A stretch of DNA of 64,000 nt. Source: Corallochytrium limacisporum Hawaii (Eukaryota; Protista; Pluriformea). Position numbers and translations under genes: made by a program. This document shows positions 10,773 to 22,198 of the stretch, one piece after another. The DNA lies in the NCBI GenBank assembly GCA_002811645.1, contig PDIP01000006.1, positions 1 to 64,000 of the forward strand. Direction: 5' to 3'. Numbering within the stretch: the first letter of the stretch is position 1; every line of letters starts with the position of its first letter. The notes under the pieces were generated by a model. The model did no database searches. It was not told where the DNA came from and saw only the letters and a program-made list of their open reading frames with translations.

Positions 10773-13055
10773 ATGGTACGGGCCCAAATCGGAAAACGGG
10801 TCCTCGGGACCAAGAGCGCTGACGGTGTCACAGATCCTGAGGTCTGCGTGAAACATGATCATAAGTCTATGTTCAAGGCTCTTTTTGAGCGGAATGGGAA
10901 CCAGTCCTGCGCAGATTGTCGCTCATTCGGGCCAGAGTATCTCGCTCCAAGTCTCGGAATACTACTATGTAAACGCTGTGCCACGACCCATCGCCTTGTA
11001 GGAACTGGAGGGCCTCAGTATTTGTTTGCACTGATGAAGGAAGAGCTTGAATTCATGTCCTTTCTCACAGTCTTGTCCAACGCAGAAGTCGGAGAAATCT
11101 GGGGAGACTGTAGTCCTGATCAAAATCCGACCGTCAAGGATATGTGCACCTTTGTGGACATGCGTTATATCAAAAAGAGATTCATCAAGAGCTGGTGTGC
11201 GAAGGAGAGGCGCGGCTCTAGACAAGTATTTCTGCCCAAGCAGTTAGATGCGTCCAGTCCACAAGAGCTGAAAGATCTCCTCCTGCTCGAGGCAATAGAA
11301 TGGGGGAGCCTTATTGACGTATTGCACGCACTAGCTCTCGGTGCAAACGCACGGAGCCAAAAAGTTGACGGGGCCGATAAATCTGTTGCCCTGCATGAAG
11401 CTGCGAAACGGGGCCATTTCCACATATGTTTTCTTCTTATTCATAACGGAGCAGAAGTCTTCGTAAGGGACGACAAACGACGGACTGCGGCCCATGTGGC
11501 CCTTGAGAGTGGACACAGGGGGTTGGCAGAATCTTTGAGAGAATATGAGCGAAGTACCTGTCTGCGACTATTGCACTACATCACAAAGCACAAGCGTGTG
11601 CATGGGAAACGATACTACCTTGCCACGAAGCGGACAAAGGAGCAAATTGTGATGGCTGCCAGAAAAATGCGGGCCATTCCAGTAGATCGCTTCTCAAGGC
11701 TCATAGAGGACCTTAACCGAGAAATTGACCGTCAGGACTTCAATGAGGTATGCGGGGCTGGATTTGATTCGAGCGAAAATCTCGACATCGCGGTGGTCAG
11801 GGTATTGAGACTGGACAAAGAAAGACGGGAATTCCATTATCGTCTTGCATCCATGCCACAACCTGTCCTCTGTCAACTAATCGAGGATGTTTTATCAGAA
11901 GCACGGCGACGACATGAGACAGACGTCAACCATATCCGCATGGGACTCGGTGTAACAATTGACGTGAACGAGTTTATAGTGGATGTCAAAGCGAATGGAG
12001 GGAATACGATTCGTAAGAAGGCAACAATGCGGAAAGCGAACGCGCTGTCACGGGAGGAACTCAATGGAATTTTAAACTCAGACAATAGCATACCACGGCG
12101 GAGTATATCAATATCTGCGGAAGGTTTGCATACTTTAGGGAAAACGAAGAACGGCGACGAAAGCGAAAATTCTGATCACCAGAGTGTCGAGCGCGCCATC
12201 GATCGCTTGCTTTCCATGGACAAGCAGAAAGAGTGCTCCAGGTGTCGGGATTTAGAGGCACGGGTAATTGAATTGCAGAGCGAACTTCAAAAGGAAAAGG
12301 AAGAACATGAAAAACAGATGGCAGCGCAAGTTGAGAGAGGGAACCGCCTGGCGCGGATGGTAAACAATCTCTCAGGATCCTATGACACGGATAAGCACCG
12401 ATGGGAAAGGAAGATTGCTGATTTAACGAACGTTATTGAGGAGTTGAGAGCAGATCGTGGAGAGATGCTGCAAACGCCAAATGGCAGTAACCAAAACATT
12501 GTTGTGCCAGATGGATCCGCAGCGTCTCTGAACATGAAGTTCCACGAGCTCGCCACAGTTCCGGAGTCAACAGCCAGTCATGAGGCAGCGAAGTCGTCAG
12601 AAAGTGTGACCAGCCAGGATCCAGGGTCGAAGGAGTCGATCAACCAGTCCCGAACTGACCGTGGAGCGCATCTTCGTGCGACATCTGCAGACTACGTCAG
12701 GCGGATTGACGTCGAAATCTGGCACAACAAGTCGGAGACTCATGTGCGGAGCATCACCGATGCTGTACAGGATTTGCTGAAGTGTGCTGAGGCTCGTGAC
12801 CTGCCCGGGATTGTGTCTGGTACGAAGAAGGTCAATGACAGCCTCTTACTGTTTGTAGGACATCTTCGCAGGGCGCCTCCAAATACTCTGAACATCTCTA
12901 CATCTAAGTTTGACGCACTGGACGCAGCACGTGCCAAGCTACTAATTTCCGTAGACATGACGAAGTCTGAGCCTACTTTGCTACCCCGAGTGAACCTCGC
13001 GATCCTTGGCCTGGCCCGGATCGTCAGAGAGATTGCCTATGTCGTGTGTACTTAA
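10773..13055 (+). CDS. GIT: GIT-family ArfGAP (ArfGAP Zn finger, ankyrin repeats, two Spa2-homology repeats, coiled coil, C-terminal helical domain)
   Basis: CADC-x16-CKRC-x4-R; ankyrin ALHEAAKRGH and AAHVALESGH; SHD-like RFSRLIEDLNREIDR and LIEDVLSEARRR; C-terminal ITDAVQDLLKCA...ARIVRE. Confidence 0.85.
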   Translation: MVRAQIGKRVLGTKSADGVTDPEVCVKHDHKSMFKALFERNGNQSCADCRSFGPEYLAPSLGILLCKRCATTHRLVGTGGPQYLFALMKEELEFMSFLTVLSNAEVGEIWGDCSPDQNPTVKDMCTFVDMRYIKKRFIKSWCAKERRGSRQVFLPKQLDASSPQELKDLLLLEAIEWGSLIDVLHALALGANARSQKVDGADKSVALHEAAKRGHFHICFLLIHNGAEVFVRDDKRRTAAHVALESGHRGLAESLREYERSTCLRLLHYITKHKRVHGKRYYLATKRTKEQIVMAARKMRAIPVDRFSRLIEDLNREIDRQDFNEVCGAGFDSSENLDIAVVRVLRLDKERREFHYRLASMPQPVLCQLIEDVLSEARRRHETDVNHIRMGLGVTIDVNEFIVDVKANGGNTIRKKATMRKANALSREELNGILNSDNSIPRRSISISAEGLHTLGKTKNGDESENSDHQSVERAIDRLLSMDKQKECSRCRDLEARVIELQSELQKEKEEHEKQMAAQVERGNRLARMVNNLSGSYDTDKHRWERKIADLTNVIEELRADRGEMLQTPNGSNQNIVVPDGSAASLNMKFHELATVPESTASHEAAKSSESVTSQDPGSKESINQSRTDRGAHLRATSADYVRRIDVEIWHNKSETHVRSITDAVQDLLKCAEARDLPGIVSGTKKVNDSLLLFVGHLRRAPPNTLNISTSKFDALDAARAKLLISVDMTKSEPTLLPRVNLAILGLARIVREIAYVVCT

Positions 13056-13185
13056 ACTGATAAGTCTTCAGTACATGACTGTGATGACCGTGATGAGGAA
13101 TACACATCATTAAGATATGAACCCATAGCCCTTTTTTTTTTGGTATTTGTGATTAGGCAAGAATTTTATCGATACTGTTTTGAAA

Positions 13186-14907
13186 CTATACTTTGGGCAT
13201 ATGTAAGGGACCTGAAAATGCGTCCTTGTCCTTCATAGTGTCATCACCACCAACAAGATGAGCTTGTGCAAATGCTTTCTGGCGCATTCGGTCGTTCCAA
13301 TTTAAACAATTCGACAGGCTAGAGAACCAGTCTGCGCTTAGGCTATCCTTTTGCATCGTCGGAATTGGCCATCGTCCCACTCGTACATATACCGCATCCC
13401 CTTGCCTCAGTTCGCGACGATTTCGTCCATCGAACGATACCCAGGCCGTGTTCCGGCTCTCTGACGGCACCAAAACCTCAAGTTCCACTGTGTCGGGCAG
13501 TAATATGGGCCTAAAGCTCAGGGAATGAGGGCAAATAGGGGTCAAGCAAATGCAATTGATGGAAGGGTGCACCATTGATCCGCCAGCAGATACAGAGTAA
13601 GCAGTACTTCCAGTTGGGGTTGCAATAATGAGACCGTCTGCCAAGACGGTGGTAATGTGGATGCCATCTGCATAGACTTCTAGGTCAGATAGATACGGTG
13701 ATGGACCACGATCGATTACAATCTCGTTTAAAACATGCCAGCCTACGGCTTCACATTCCGCGTTCGATGAATTGCAAACGATATGGGCATCGAGACGGCT
13801 GCGCAGTGTGACAGTCAGCTTCCCGTTAATGCAATTGTCAATCACATCACAAAATTCATCTATGTTGAAAGGCGTCAAGAATCCCAAGGACCCCAAATTG
13901 AACGAAAGCACCGGCGGTACTGTACGCTGGAAGAACGATGAAATGTAGAGAATGGTTCCGTCTCCACCCAGAGTCATAATGAAATCAACTTCTGGTTTGC
14001 TGGTTTCACTCAGGGTTGTCGCTTTGCATCTCTCCTTATAAGGCCTAAAATCATCATCCAATACAACCGGGAGCTCACACAATACCTTATCCTCTACATA
14101 ACAGGTCATGTCGAACTCATCCATAAGGCATCTCACGCAGTGCTTAAAGATATGTGTAACGTGAGGATCCCGGAACTTCTTGATAATTAGAATCTTCGAC
14201 GGTTTGTGGATCCATTCTAGTCGAGACTGGGTGATAAGCTTTGAATGTTTGCGCAGCTCATTTGCATGGTCAATCAGGGAAGTGTCTCGCATAAGCGGAC
14301 TACCTGTTGTGGTATCCAAATGATCCCCTAATTGGCTTCCTTCCCGAGAAAGTGTTCCAACGCTATCGGCACAGTCCATTTCATGGTCTTCCTCAATCTT
14401 TGGAATAGGCCTATGCCTTCCATTTTGTTGCTGTTGCAAGCTAGACCGAGATACACGAATGGCACCCCCCGCGTTGGGATGCAGACGCATTGCAAAACTT
14501 CGCCTTCTGCCACTAAACATATTAGGATCCCTTTTTGATAATTCTTTTATAGTTTGGGCGGTTGGCTCAGGCTGTGACTGCACTTCGGACACCTTTATCT
14601 GTTCCATTGGTGCAGTCCCATTTGTTGATTTTTCTAAGCCTTTGTCCATATCCTCCAGAGAAGTCTCAGAGCGAGACTTGCTCTTAAAGCGAAAGGGCAT
14701 GGTGTTCGAAGCAATTATTGGCGGTTCCGGTAATCCGGACAAACCCGCTGCTGATCGACGGCTGGATGTCTTTTTCCTGTCCAACGAGAACAGCCCAAAA
14801 ATGCAACTCACAGTCACAGTAGAAACGCAGCTTAGCATGGGACACTTTCTGAAGAACCTGACCACGCCTGCAAGAACACCAGCTAGGAAGTGCTCTGGAA
14901 ACCCCAT
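13186..14907 (-). CDS. NADK: NAD+ kinase
   Basis: TLGGDGT, VLNE, DGLIIATPTGSTAYSVSAGGS and TPICPHSLSFRP motifs. Confidence 0.95.
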   Translation of the reverse strand: MGFPEHFLAGVLAGVVRFFRKCPMLSCVSTVTVSCIFGLFSLDRKKTSSRRSAAGLSGLPEPPIIASNTMPFRFKSKSRSETSLEDMDKGLEKSTNGTAPMEQIKVSEVQSQPEPTAQTIKELSKRDPNMFSGRRRSFAMRLHPNAGGAIRVSRSSLQQQQNGRHRPIPKIEEDHEMDCADSVGTLSREGSQLGDHLDTTTGSPLMRDTSLIDHANELRKHSKLITQSRLEWIHKPSKILIIKKFRDPHVTHIFKHCVRCLMDEFDMTCYVEDKVLCELPVVLDDDFRPYKERCKATTLSETSKPEVDFIMTLGGDGTILYISSFFQRTVPPVLSFNLGSLGFLTPFNIDEFCDVIDNCINGKLTVTLRSRLDAHIVCNSSNAECEAVGWHVLNEIVIDRGPSPYLSDLEVYADGIHITTVLADGLIIATPTGSTAYSVSAGGSMVHPSINCICLTPICPHSLSFRPILLPDTVELEVLVPSESRNTAWVSFDGRNRRELRQGDAVYVRVGRWPIPTMQKDSLSADWFSSLSNCLNWNDRMRQKAFAQAHLVGGDDTMKDKDAFSGPLHMPKV

Positions 14908-16092
14908 CTATGACCCGTGACCGTCGTCAGTACGTGCCGATGACCCTCCGCCGGATGGGTCCGCCAGCAGTGAGAACTGGAAAAATTGGGAAGCAATTGA
15001 CTCCCGACCTGGCGGGTTCTCTCACTCTGTGGATAGTAAAAGGAGGAAACGGTGCCTGGGCATCCCACTCAGCGAAGGAAACAAGTCCTACCCTGACCGG
15101 GAATTAGGGGATGAGCAAAGTGACGGTGTTCAAGAAGGAATTCACAAGTGTCAATTTGCGCAGGCGGAAAACAGGCAGGCAACAAGAGGATATTACCGGG
15201 TCTGGGGATTTAATGACACGCGACCCACGACGGGGTAACTCTTCAAGACAATACGAGAGTATCGAAGTTTTTCGTCCATTCGACTGAGTGCATGGGCTGT
15301 ATGATCTGATCTGTAGGAGACATTTCCTTTTTCCGATACTGCACTGGCAGGGCGTTTTCGTAGCAGCATCGGTACAGTCAGCGTGCTCCATACTTACTCC
15401 GTCCCCAGGACCATTGCGTACCTAACTTCCCCTCCCCCCCCCCTCTTTTCTCTGTCCTCTCTTCCGGGCACACCTACAACAATAGCAACGACACCACTTT
15501 CCTCTCACTATTGCCAAGCCTATACGGGGTGGGCAACCCATAGATTTACTACGTCAACATCCACACAATGCCAGCGGATTTGTCCGCCTGGGAGGTGGGG
15601 TCAAATTTTTATCGCAAAAGTAAATCTGCCACATACGCAGGTACCGACGCCACAGATTGGTTAAAATTAGGCCGGTGCGCGCAGCAACAAAACAGTTGGG
15701 ATTCGCGGCTGCTAATGATGATATTGACGAGTAGGGCTATAGCCCACTGATCCAATCCCAAATCAGCGAGTGAGTACGCAAGCGGGAACCACACTTTCAC
15801 GTACTATCACTAGCCATGGTGGGCTCCCCAGATGGTGTGGCGTTGCGTGGGCAGCGAAGTGTAGACGTCACCCACGCGCGGAATGTCAATCGGAGGAGGG
15901 CGGGGGACGTGTCGGATGCCCTCCGCTTTCTATCAGAATAGGAACGAAGTTTGCGGGGAGCCATGAGCGAGATAAGGAGAAAGGGCCGGGAGGAGTAAAG
16001 AGGAATTTTCGCGCTTTGGTCCGGGGCGGGAGGCCACAGTAGCTGCAGTCTTGACAATACTATGCTTTTATTGATAGGATACCGTCTTCACG

Positions 16093-18501
16093 CTACACAA
16101 CACTATAACGACCTGTGGCCTGTTTTTGGCTATCCATTCTTGCCGCCATGCGCAGTGCTGAGTTGAGGATGCCCTTGACTTCGCCACGGGCTCGGATGAG
16201 GAGGTTCTCGTCGTCGGAGGCGACATGGAGGTACAATTTCCGCTGATCACCAGCCGCCTTGGCCCCAGGTCCAACATAGACTCCACGAATCTCTACACTC
16301 AACTTGCCAAGATCTTCGATGGCATTCATGGTAGTCTTCTTGGACATTTGAATTCGTGCTCTCCGAGGAAGGTCATTGATGGCCACCTCGAAATAGAACA
16401 CTGGTTTCCTTTGCTCTTTCTGAACCTCAGTCTCCTTCATCACCTTTGCGGTCAGTTTCTGGGCACGTTCGAGTGCTGCCATCACAGCCGCCGAGCGCTT
16501 CATGGCATCTTTCTCATCAGAAGTAGCACCCTCAACGATCTTTGCTGCCTTTTCTTGCCTGTTATCAATAGCTGTATCCGTCTCCTTACTCGCCTGTGGC
16601 ACTTCCTGAACTGTACCCACGTACTTGTCGAGAACGTTGTCTTCCGCCACTTCTTCCACTCTGCCATCATCCGTGGACTCTTCGATATCTTCTTCATCAT
16701 CGGGTACAACTGTTTGCATGTGTTTCTTCTGCTTGCGATCAAACTCTTCGGCCTCTCTTTCATCAAACTTGTAGCCATGGCCACCAAATCCAGAGGAATG
16801 AGCTTTCCGCTTACCTGCTTTCTTCCTCTCAAGGAAAGTCCTTTCCAGATCGACCAGTTCATTAGGTATCTCCGCTTTGGATAATTCAAGAGCTCTAAGT
16901 ACATCAGGCGCATACATGTCTTGGTCTTCTGTGATGAAGGTCACCGCAATGCCTGTTCGGCCCGCCCGTCCAGTTCGGCCACATCTCTGGACATAATCTT
17001 CGTAGTGATTGGGAACATCATAGTTCACAACGAGTCCCAGCTTTCTGACATCCAGCCCACGCGCTGCGACACTAGTTGCAATGAGGACAGAGATTTCACC
17101 TTGCTTAAAATCATCAATAACATCATCACGATCAACTTGATCCATGGCGCCATGCAAAGATCGGGCGTCGCCGTATCCTGCAAGCATGAGGTCCTTCAGC
17201 AGGCCGTCGGCCTTGATTTGTCTGTCGACAAACACCAGAGCTTGTGTGTCTTCTTCGCGATACTCACCCAATACCTGCAAGAGCTTCAGAAATTTCTTAT
17301 CTTCGCCGAGGACATGCACATACTGCTTGATAGTCGAAGAGACAATGCTGCGTCCACCAATTTCGACCGCCACAGAATCCTTGTTCAGTAACATCTTTGC
17401 AGCTTGGTCCAAGGCCTTTGGTAGAGTCGCAGAAAACAACACGGCCTGTCGGTCCGGCCTGATGTTTGCCATGAGTTTCATCACTTGAGGCTGGAACCCC
17501 ATATCAAACATGCGGTCAACCTCGTCAAGAACAACGAACGTGATCCGCTTCAGATTGGTTACCTTACCGTTGTTGGCAGCTAGCAGATCAATCATGCGTC
17601 CTGGTGTGCAGACGACTACCTCGGCACCTCGTTTGAGACTTCCGATTTGTTCAGGCATGGATGTACCGCCATAGATAGACAGCACCCGAATGTTCAGCGC
17701 ATTTGCAAACTTGCTCGCTTCAGCATGAATTTGAGTCGCCAGTTCGCGGGTAGGAGTGAGAACAATAGCGATCGGACCTTCCCCTGGACGGACCCGGGGC
17801 TGATCCATAACATGTCGGAAGAGGGGTATCAAAAAAGCCAAAGTCTTCCCGCTACCCGTACGTGCAATTCCAATCATGTCTCGCCCTGAAGTCATGATGG
17901 GTATCCCTTGCGCTTGAATTGGTGTAGGCTGTTCGTATTCGTTGGCGTCAATGATTCTACGCAGTGCACCTGTGAGTCCCATCACATGCCAAGCTTTCAC
18001 AGGCTTTGGACAGTCCTTTCCGCGACATTCGATACCGTCAAGCTCGAATCGAAGCAGTTTGACTTCCTCGTTCGAAAGATTTGCAATTTCTGGAGCTTCT
18101 ACGTAGAAAGACCGCCGAAATGGGGAGTATGTAATCTGTGTATGATCCACTGCGGGGATTTCTTTGCCATGTTTCTTTGCGGCAGGGCCATGAAACTGAG
18201 AGCCATTGGGCCCGACATCTATGTCTTGGTTCTGATCAATAATGTCTTCTGTCTCCTGCTCCTTCTCCTCATCAGCAGCACCTTGTGTCCCTTCGTTCAG
18301 GGACTGCATAAAACTGTCCAGAGTGTCGATTGAGCTTTCGGGGCCATTGCTGTGCTTGCCTCGATTCTTTTTGGCTACTTTGCCCAATTTCTTTCTGGAC
18401 TCTTCTTGAGAATGCCATTTCTCTATTGCTAAATGGACTCTTTTTCTGTTTTGTGTCCCTTGACCGCTCTGTTCTCCCAGTCTGAAACAAAATCCCGACA
18501 T
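16093..18501 (-). CDS. PRP5: Pre-mRNA splicing DEAD-box helicase Prp5/DDX46
   Basis: Q motif PTPIQAQ, GSGKT, PTRELA, TPGRMIDLLAANNGKVTNLKR, DEVD, SAT, ARGLD, SGFGGHG; C-terminal KH-like INDLP...IRGVY...KLYL. Confidence 0.92.
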   Translation of the reverse strand: MSGFCFRLGEQSGQGTQNRKRVHLAIEKWHSQEESRKKLGKVAKKNRGKHSNGPESSIDTLDSFMQSLNEGTQGAADEEKEQETEDIIDQNQDIDVGPNGSQFHGPAAKKHGKEIPAVDHTQITYSPFRRSFYVEAPEIANLSNEEVKLLRFELDGIECRGKDCPKPVKAWHVMGLTGALRRIIDANEYEQPTPIQAQGIPIMTSGRDMIGIARTGSGKTLAFLIPLFRHVMDQPRVRPGEGPIAIVLTPTRELATQIHAEASKFANALNIRVLSIYGGTSMPEQIGSLKRGAEVVVCTPGRMIDLLAANNGKVTNLKRITFVVLDEVDRMFDMGFQPQVMKLMANIRPDRQAVLFSATLPKALDQAAKMLLNKDSVAVEIGGRSIVSSTIKQYVHVLGEDKKFLKLLQVLGEYREEDTQALVFVDRQIKADGLLKDLMLAGYGDARSLHGAMDQVDRDDVIDDFKQGEISVLIATSVAARGLDVRKLGLVVNYDVPNHYEDYVQRCGRTGRAGRTGIAVTFITEDQDMYAPDVLRALELSKAEIPNELVDLERTFLERKKAGKRKAHSSGFGGHGYKFDEREAEEFDRKQKKHMQTVVPDDEEDIEESTDDGRVEEVAEDNVLDKYVGTVQEVPQASKETDTAIDNRQEKAAKIVEGATSDEKDAMKRSAAVMAALERAQKLTAKVMKETEVQKEQRKPVFYFEVAINDLPRRARIQMSKKTTMNAIEDLGKLSVEIRGVYVGPGAKAAGDQRKLYLHVASDDENLLIRARGEVKGILNSALRMAARMDSQKQATGRYSVV

Positions 18502-19766
18502 AGGCCCTTATCCACACTGTCACAGCACTGCGGGATCGATTTCGAAGGTTCCTTAAAGGCTCTACATCCTACTTGCCAGAAGCCAAAGTTTTTCAGTGTG
18601 CCTCTCACCGTGTTAATTGTCACTTGGAAGGAATAGTGTTGCTATGGTGGCAAAGCATCAGTAGTCTCGAATACCTTTATCCGTTCGCGAGAAGCACTTC
18701 GATGTGTTCGTCTACAATACCCCCCTCCACCCCACCTTCCCAGATTGATTTATAATTGATCAGTATTTTATTGATACAATTCCAGCGGCCCAAGGACCCG
18801 GCGGGCGGGATTAACGGGGCGGGCATCAATTCTGCAATTTTCAGAAACCGTCAGCAACATGCCTAACACACACGTGTGGCGTCGTGCAGCGAAAAATCTG
18901 TGTGATGGTGGGGTCTTTGCCGAGGAGGGGGTGTAAGGAAATGGAAGAAGATTGTCCAAGTCGGACTCGTTTACCTGAAAATGGCTGTTGACCTGTTTCT
19001 GTTTTCACATTTTATTAACCGTCATGATCACAGCAGCAGCTGTGGCAGCGGCCGCAAACACTGACGCTACTCTCAAAACCCGTGCTGTGCGCGGAAGGAA
19101 CGAAGCTGCTGCAAAGCAACCGTTGCGCCTTTCTTCCGCTGATAACCGGGACCACTAAGCAAGAAGTGGAAAGGTCCCGCAATGAGTCAAACTCGGTCAC
19201 ACAGTCTTCCATGAGACGAGAAAGTAGAGGTAGACAGCGCACGTAGTAGTAAGTCACACAGGTTTCTTGCAGGGTGGCAGGACGGATCTGACTCCTTTCA
19301 TGTCCTAAACACCTATGACGACAGCCACGCCTACTAGGGAGTTTTGCAAGCACATCAGGAAGCGATCGGGTGATGACCAATAGAAACCACTACATATCCC
19401 CAAGATGTGATGATGAAATTATCGGTACATATTGTATGGAATGTGTAGGAGTCAATGATGGTGTCATGGGGAAATTCTCCCGTGGTCCACTAGTGACCGG
19501 TGGGTGGAAGGCACAGAGCAATAGGTTGTGAAGCGCGGAAACTTATTGCGGTCCGTCGCGAACGACACAGGCAACCAGGGCTGCCCTTCTTTTGATACGT
19601 TGTGTGGTTGCCGATGGCGAGCCATCATCGCTGATATCGCATCAGTCTAGCTATGAGGACTCTAAGGGTACGAGAGAACTTATACCAAGATCACCATTCT
19701 CCATTTTGGCAACTGGATAAGGATCTGTGGAAAGTCCTCGTATTGCACGTAACGTGCGGTGTCAAC

Positions 19767-21044
19767 ATGATGCGCTATCTGTATACGGTAGCCATTCTGA
19801 TGTGCCTGGCGCATATTCAATGGGCAGTTTCCGTTTCAAGGGTCGAGGACACGTGTGAAAATGCAAACGACGCCGATGGTGGCGTTAGCGTAAATTTACC
19901 GAACAGTCACAGCACTAGGATCTTCGGCGGAGAACCTCTGTCAGCGAATCATGGTATTTTCATTCATATTTCAGATGCTCATCTTGATAATTTGTATAGG
20001 AAAGGATCAAGAAAGAGCAAGGAATGTCATCACGGTGATGGAAGTGCTGCTAAGTGGGGAGAACACAAGTGTGATGCTCCTCCGTACTTGGTTGAAGGAG
20101 TCATAAAGTCAATGGCAGAACAATTTCCGGATCCTGACTTCATGATCCTTACTGGTGACAATGCCCGGCATGATAACGATCAGAAGGTACCTCGTGGTTC
20201 TAAAGAAATTGCCCACAATATTGATCAGGTTGCTGAGATTATTCACAACCACTACCGTCATGGAGTACCCGTATTGCCTAGCATTGGAAACAATGATATC
20301 TTCCCTCACAACCAAATTCTTCCACAGCATGATAAAATGTTGCCCCGCATGGCGAAGGCATGGAGTCGTTTTCTGACACAGAAAGAGTTGAAATTCTTCG
20401 AGAAGCATGGGTACTACTCCAGCAAGGTTGCCTCGCACCTGGTTGTTGTTGCCTTGAACACATCGTTTGTGCATAGCGCCAATGGAGAAGTGCACAATTG
20501 CAATCACAAGGCTTCTGCGGGCCATAAGATGTTCAAATTTTTGACTCGAGAACTGGACGCCGCCGAGGCGAACGAGATGAAGGTTGTCATCTCCGGTCAT
20601 GTTCCTCCGGGTGAGGGTCATTGGAAAAGACACTGCGAAAGGCAATTTGCGAAAATTGTTGCAGACTATCCAAAGCAAATCGCTGGGCTTCTCTTTGGAC
20701 ATCATCATTCTGATAGCTTCCATTTCATCAAGAAGGATGGCAAGGAAGTCGGCGTTGTGAATGTGGCTCCGGGAATCATTCCGACGTACAACCCTAGTTT
20801 CCGTGTCTTTAAATATGATCGCATGACGGGAGAAATCCTTGACTATGAACAACACTACCAGGATTTGGACAATATTAATCATGATGACGAGGTCAAGCTG
20901 ACTCAAGAGTATAGGATGAAGGAAGCATATAAAATGAAGGGCTTGACATTGGCTGACTACGTCAAGCTGTCCCATGACCTCAAAAAGGATAAGAAGCTAG
21001 AGAAGTTGTACCAGAGCTACCATTTCGTCGGGTCCCGCGGTTAA
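19767..21044 (+). CDS. Secretory-pathway metallophosphoesterase, endopolyphosphatase PPN1 / acid sphingomyelinase-like
   Basis: HISDAHLD, TGDNARHDND, SIGNNDIFPHN, GHVPP, FGHHH and YNPSFR motifs. Hydrophobic signal segment follows ATG 19767; upstream in-frame ATG at 19653. Confidence 0.8.
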   Translation: MMRYLYTVAILMCLAHIQWAVSVSRVEDTCENANDADGGVSVNLPNSHSTRIFGGEPLSANHGIFIHISDAHLDNLYRKGSRKSKECHHGDGSAAKWGEHKCDAPPYLVEGVIKSMAEQFPDPDFMILTGDNARHDNDQKVPRGSKEIAHNIDQVAEIIHNHYRHGVPVLPSIGNNDIFPHNQILPQHDKMLPRMAKAWSRFLTQKELKFFEKHGYYSSKVASHLVVVALNTSFVHSANGEVHNCNHKASAGHKMFKFLTRELDAAEANEMKVVISGHVPPGEGHWKRHCERQFAKIVADYPKQIAGLLFGHHHSDSFHFIKKDGKEVGVVNVAPGIIPTYNPSFRVFKYDRMTGEILDYEQHYQDLDNINHDDEVKLTQEYRMKEAYKMKGLTLADYVKLSHDLKKDKKLEKLYQSYHFVGSRG

Positions 21045-21195
21045 GATAGTGTTGATGGATAGTATGAAATCATGAATTGTATTATAAAGGAATATTAGTT
21101 GCCTTGTCTTTGATAAACGGGTATCACTAAGGTTCTTTACTTTATTGGCGGCAAAAGGTTCACATCACATCATTCATCATTAGCATGCTCGATCT

Positions 21196-22170
21196 TTAGA
21201 GAGACAGGGCAGCCATGTTCCTTATTGAACCTCTGAGAATGCCAATCTGACGCTCCGACGTAGCTTTCAAGTGTTTCATAGCATTCTCTATGCGCTCCAT
21301 CTCTTGCGAGATCTCCTGCTCTTTCATCTCCTTAGCGTGCTGTTGTGCTTTGAGCATCTGTACGACCCGCCACTGCTTCTCTGCGAACTGTTCAAGATCA
21401 TTCAGTCGACCGAGAACCTGTCTCTGGAAGGTCAGTTGCGACATACCATGGGTATTAACTGCGTCTGATTGCTTGTACGCTTCAAAGTCCTCAACACGGG
21501 CCCTTAGATGTGCGAGTTCCTGTCCCTGAAGATTCAATGACACGGAAAGCGCATCATGCGGTGTCGAAAAATTACGAAGCTCCTCTGCTGTCATCGCTTG
21601 CGCCTGGCGGTATTTCTTGTTCATAATTTGATCTACAAAATCCTCCCGGAGAGTCTTGACTTCCTTCTGTAGCATTGATACTTCACGACGAAGTGTCTCA
21701 AACACAACAGGCGGGGAAATATCTCGGTGGTCCGGAGGGTCAGTATTCTGAGTTCGTCGGTGATCTCCTATCGTTGTCTGGAGCTCCACATGGGCCTTCA
21801 GCGACCCGAGGTCTTCTCTAAGGGCTCTTACCTCCGATTTGCTTGCCTTTTCTTCCCAAAGCCAATCAATTCTTTCGTCAGCCTCCAGCGCACGTGAATC
21901 CAGTTCCCTCTGTGATGCCTTGTCTCCCAGGGCTTGGTTTAGCTCGTTCCAATTCGCGGCCTGTTGGAGTGTAACCTTGATTCTCTCCTCCCATTGACTG
22001 TAGTCCTCCCGTAGCATACGCATCGCTCGTATCAGGCCAACTACTTGCCTCTGTTGAATCACCGTATCAACGGTGTCCAAGGATGCCATGGTCGTCGGTT
22101 TGCTGTGAAATGTGTCAGCGAGTTCAGCGAGCTGCAATGGCAGACCCGCAGGATTTTCAGTACTTTTCAT
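21196..22170 (-). CDS. Coiled-coil hypothetical protein
   Basis: 324-aa heptad-rich ORF; start may be the internal ATG at 22089 (ACCATGG context). Confidence 0.6.
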   Translation of the reverse strand: MKSTENPAGLPLQLAELADTFHSKPTTMASLDTVDTVIQQRQVVGLIRAMRMLREDYSQWEERIKVTLQQAANWNELNQALGDKASQRELDSRALEADERIDWLWEEKASKSEVRALREDLGSLKAHVELQTTIGDHRRTQNTDPPDHRDISPPVVFETLRREVSMLQKEVKTLREDFVDQIMNKKYRQAQAMTAEELRNFSTPHDALSVSLNLQGQELAHLRARVEDFEAYKQSDAVNTHGMSQLTFQRQVLGRLNDLEQFAEKQWRVVQMLKAQQHAKEMKEQEISQEMERIENAMKHLKATSERQIGILRGSIRNMAALSL

Positions 22171-22198
22171 TTCTATCCTCTGATTTTATGCAAATACG

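Noticed and set aside
20109-20975. Long antisense ORFs such as this 288-aa one (also 1388-2077, 27714-28379, 57079-57825)
   Set aside because: Fully overlap well-supported genes on the opposite strand and show no motifs
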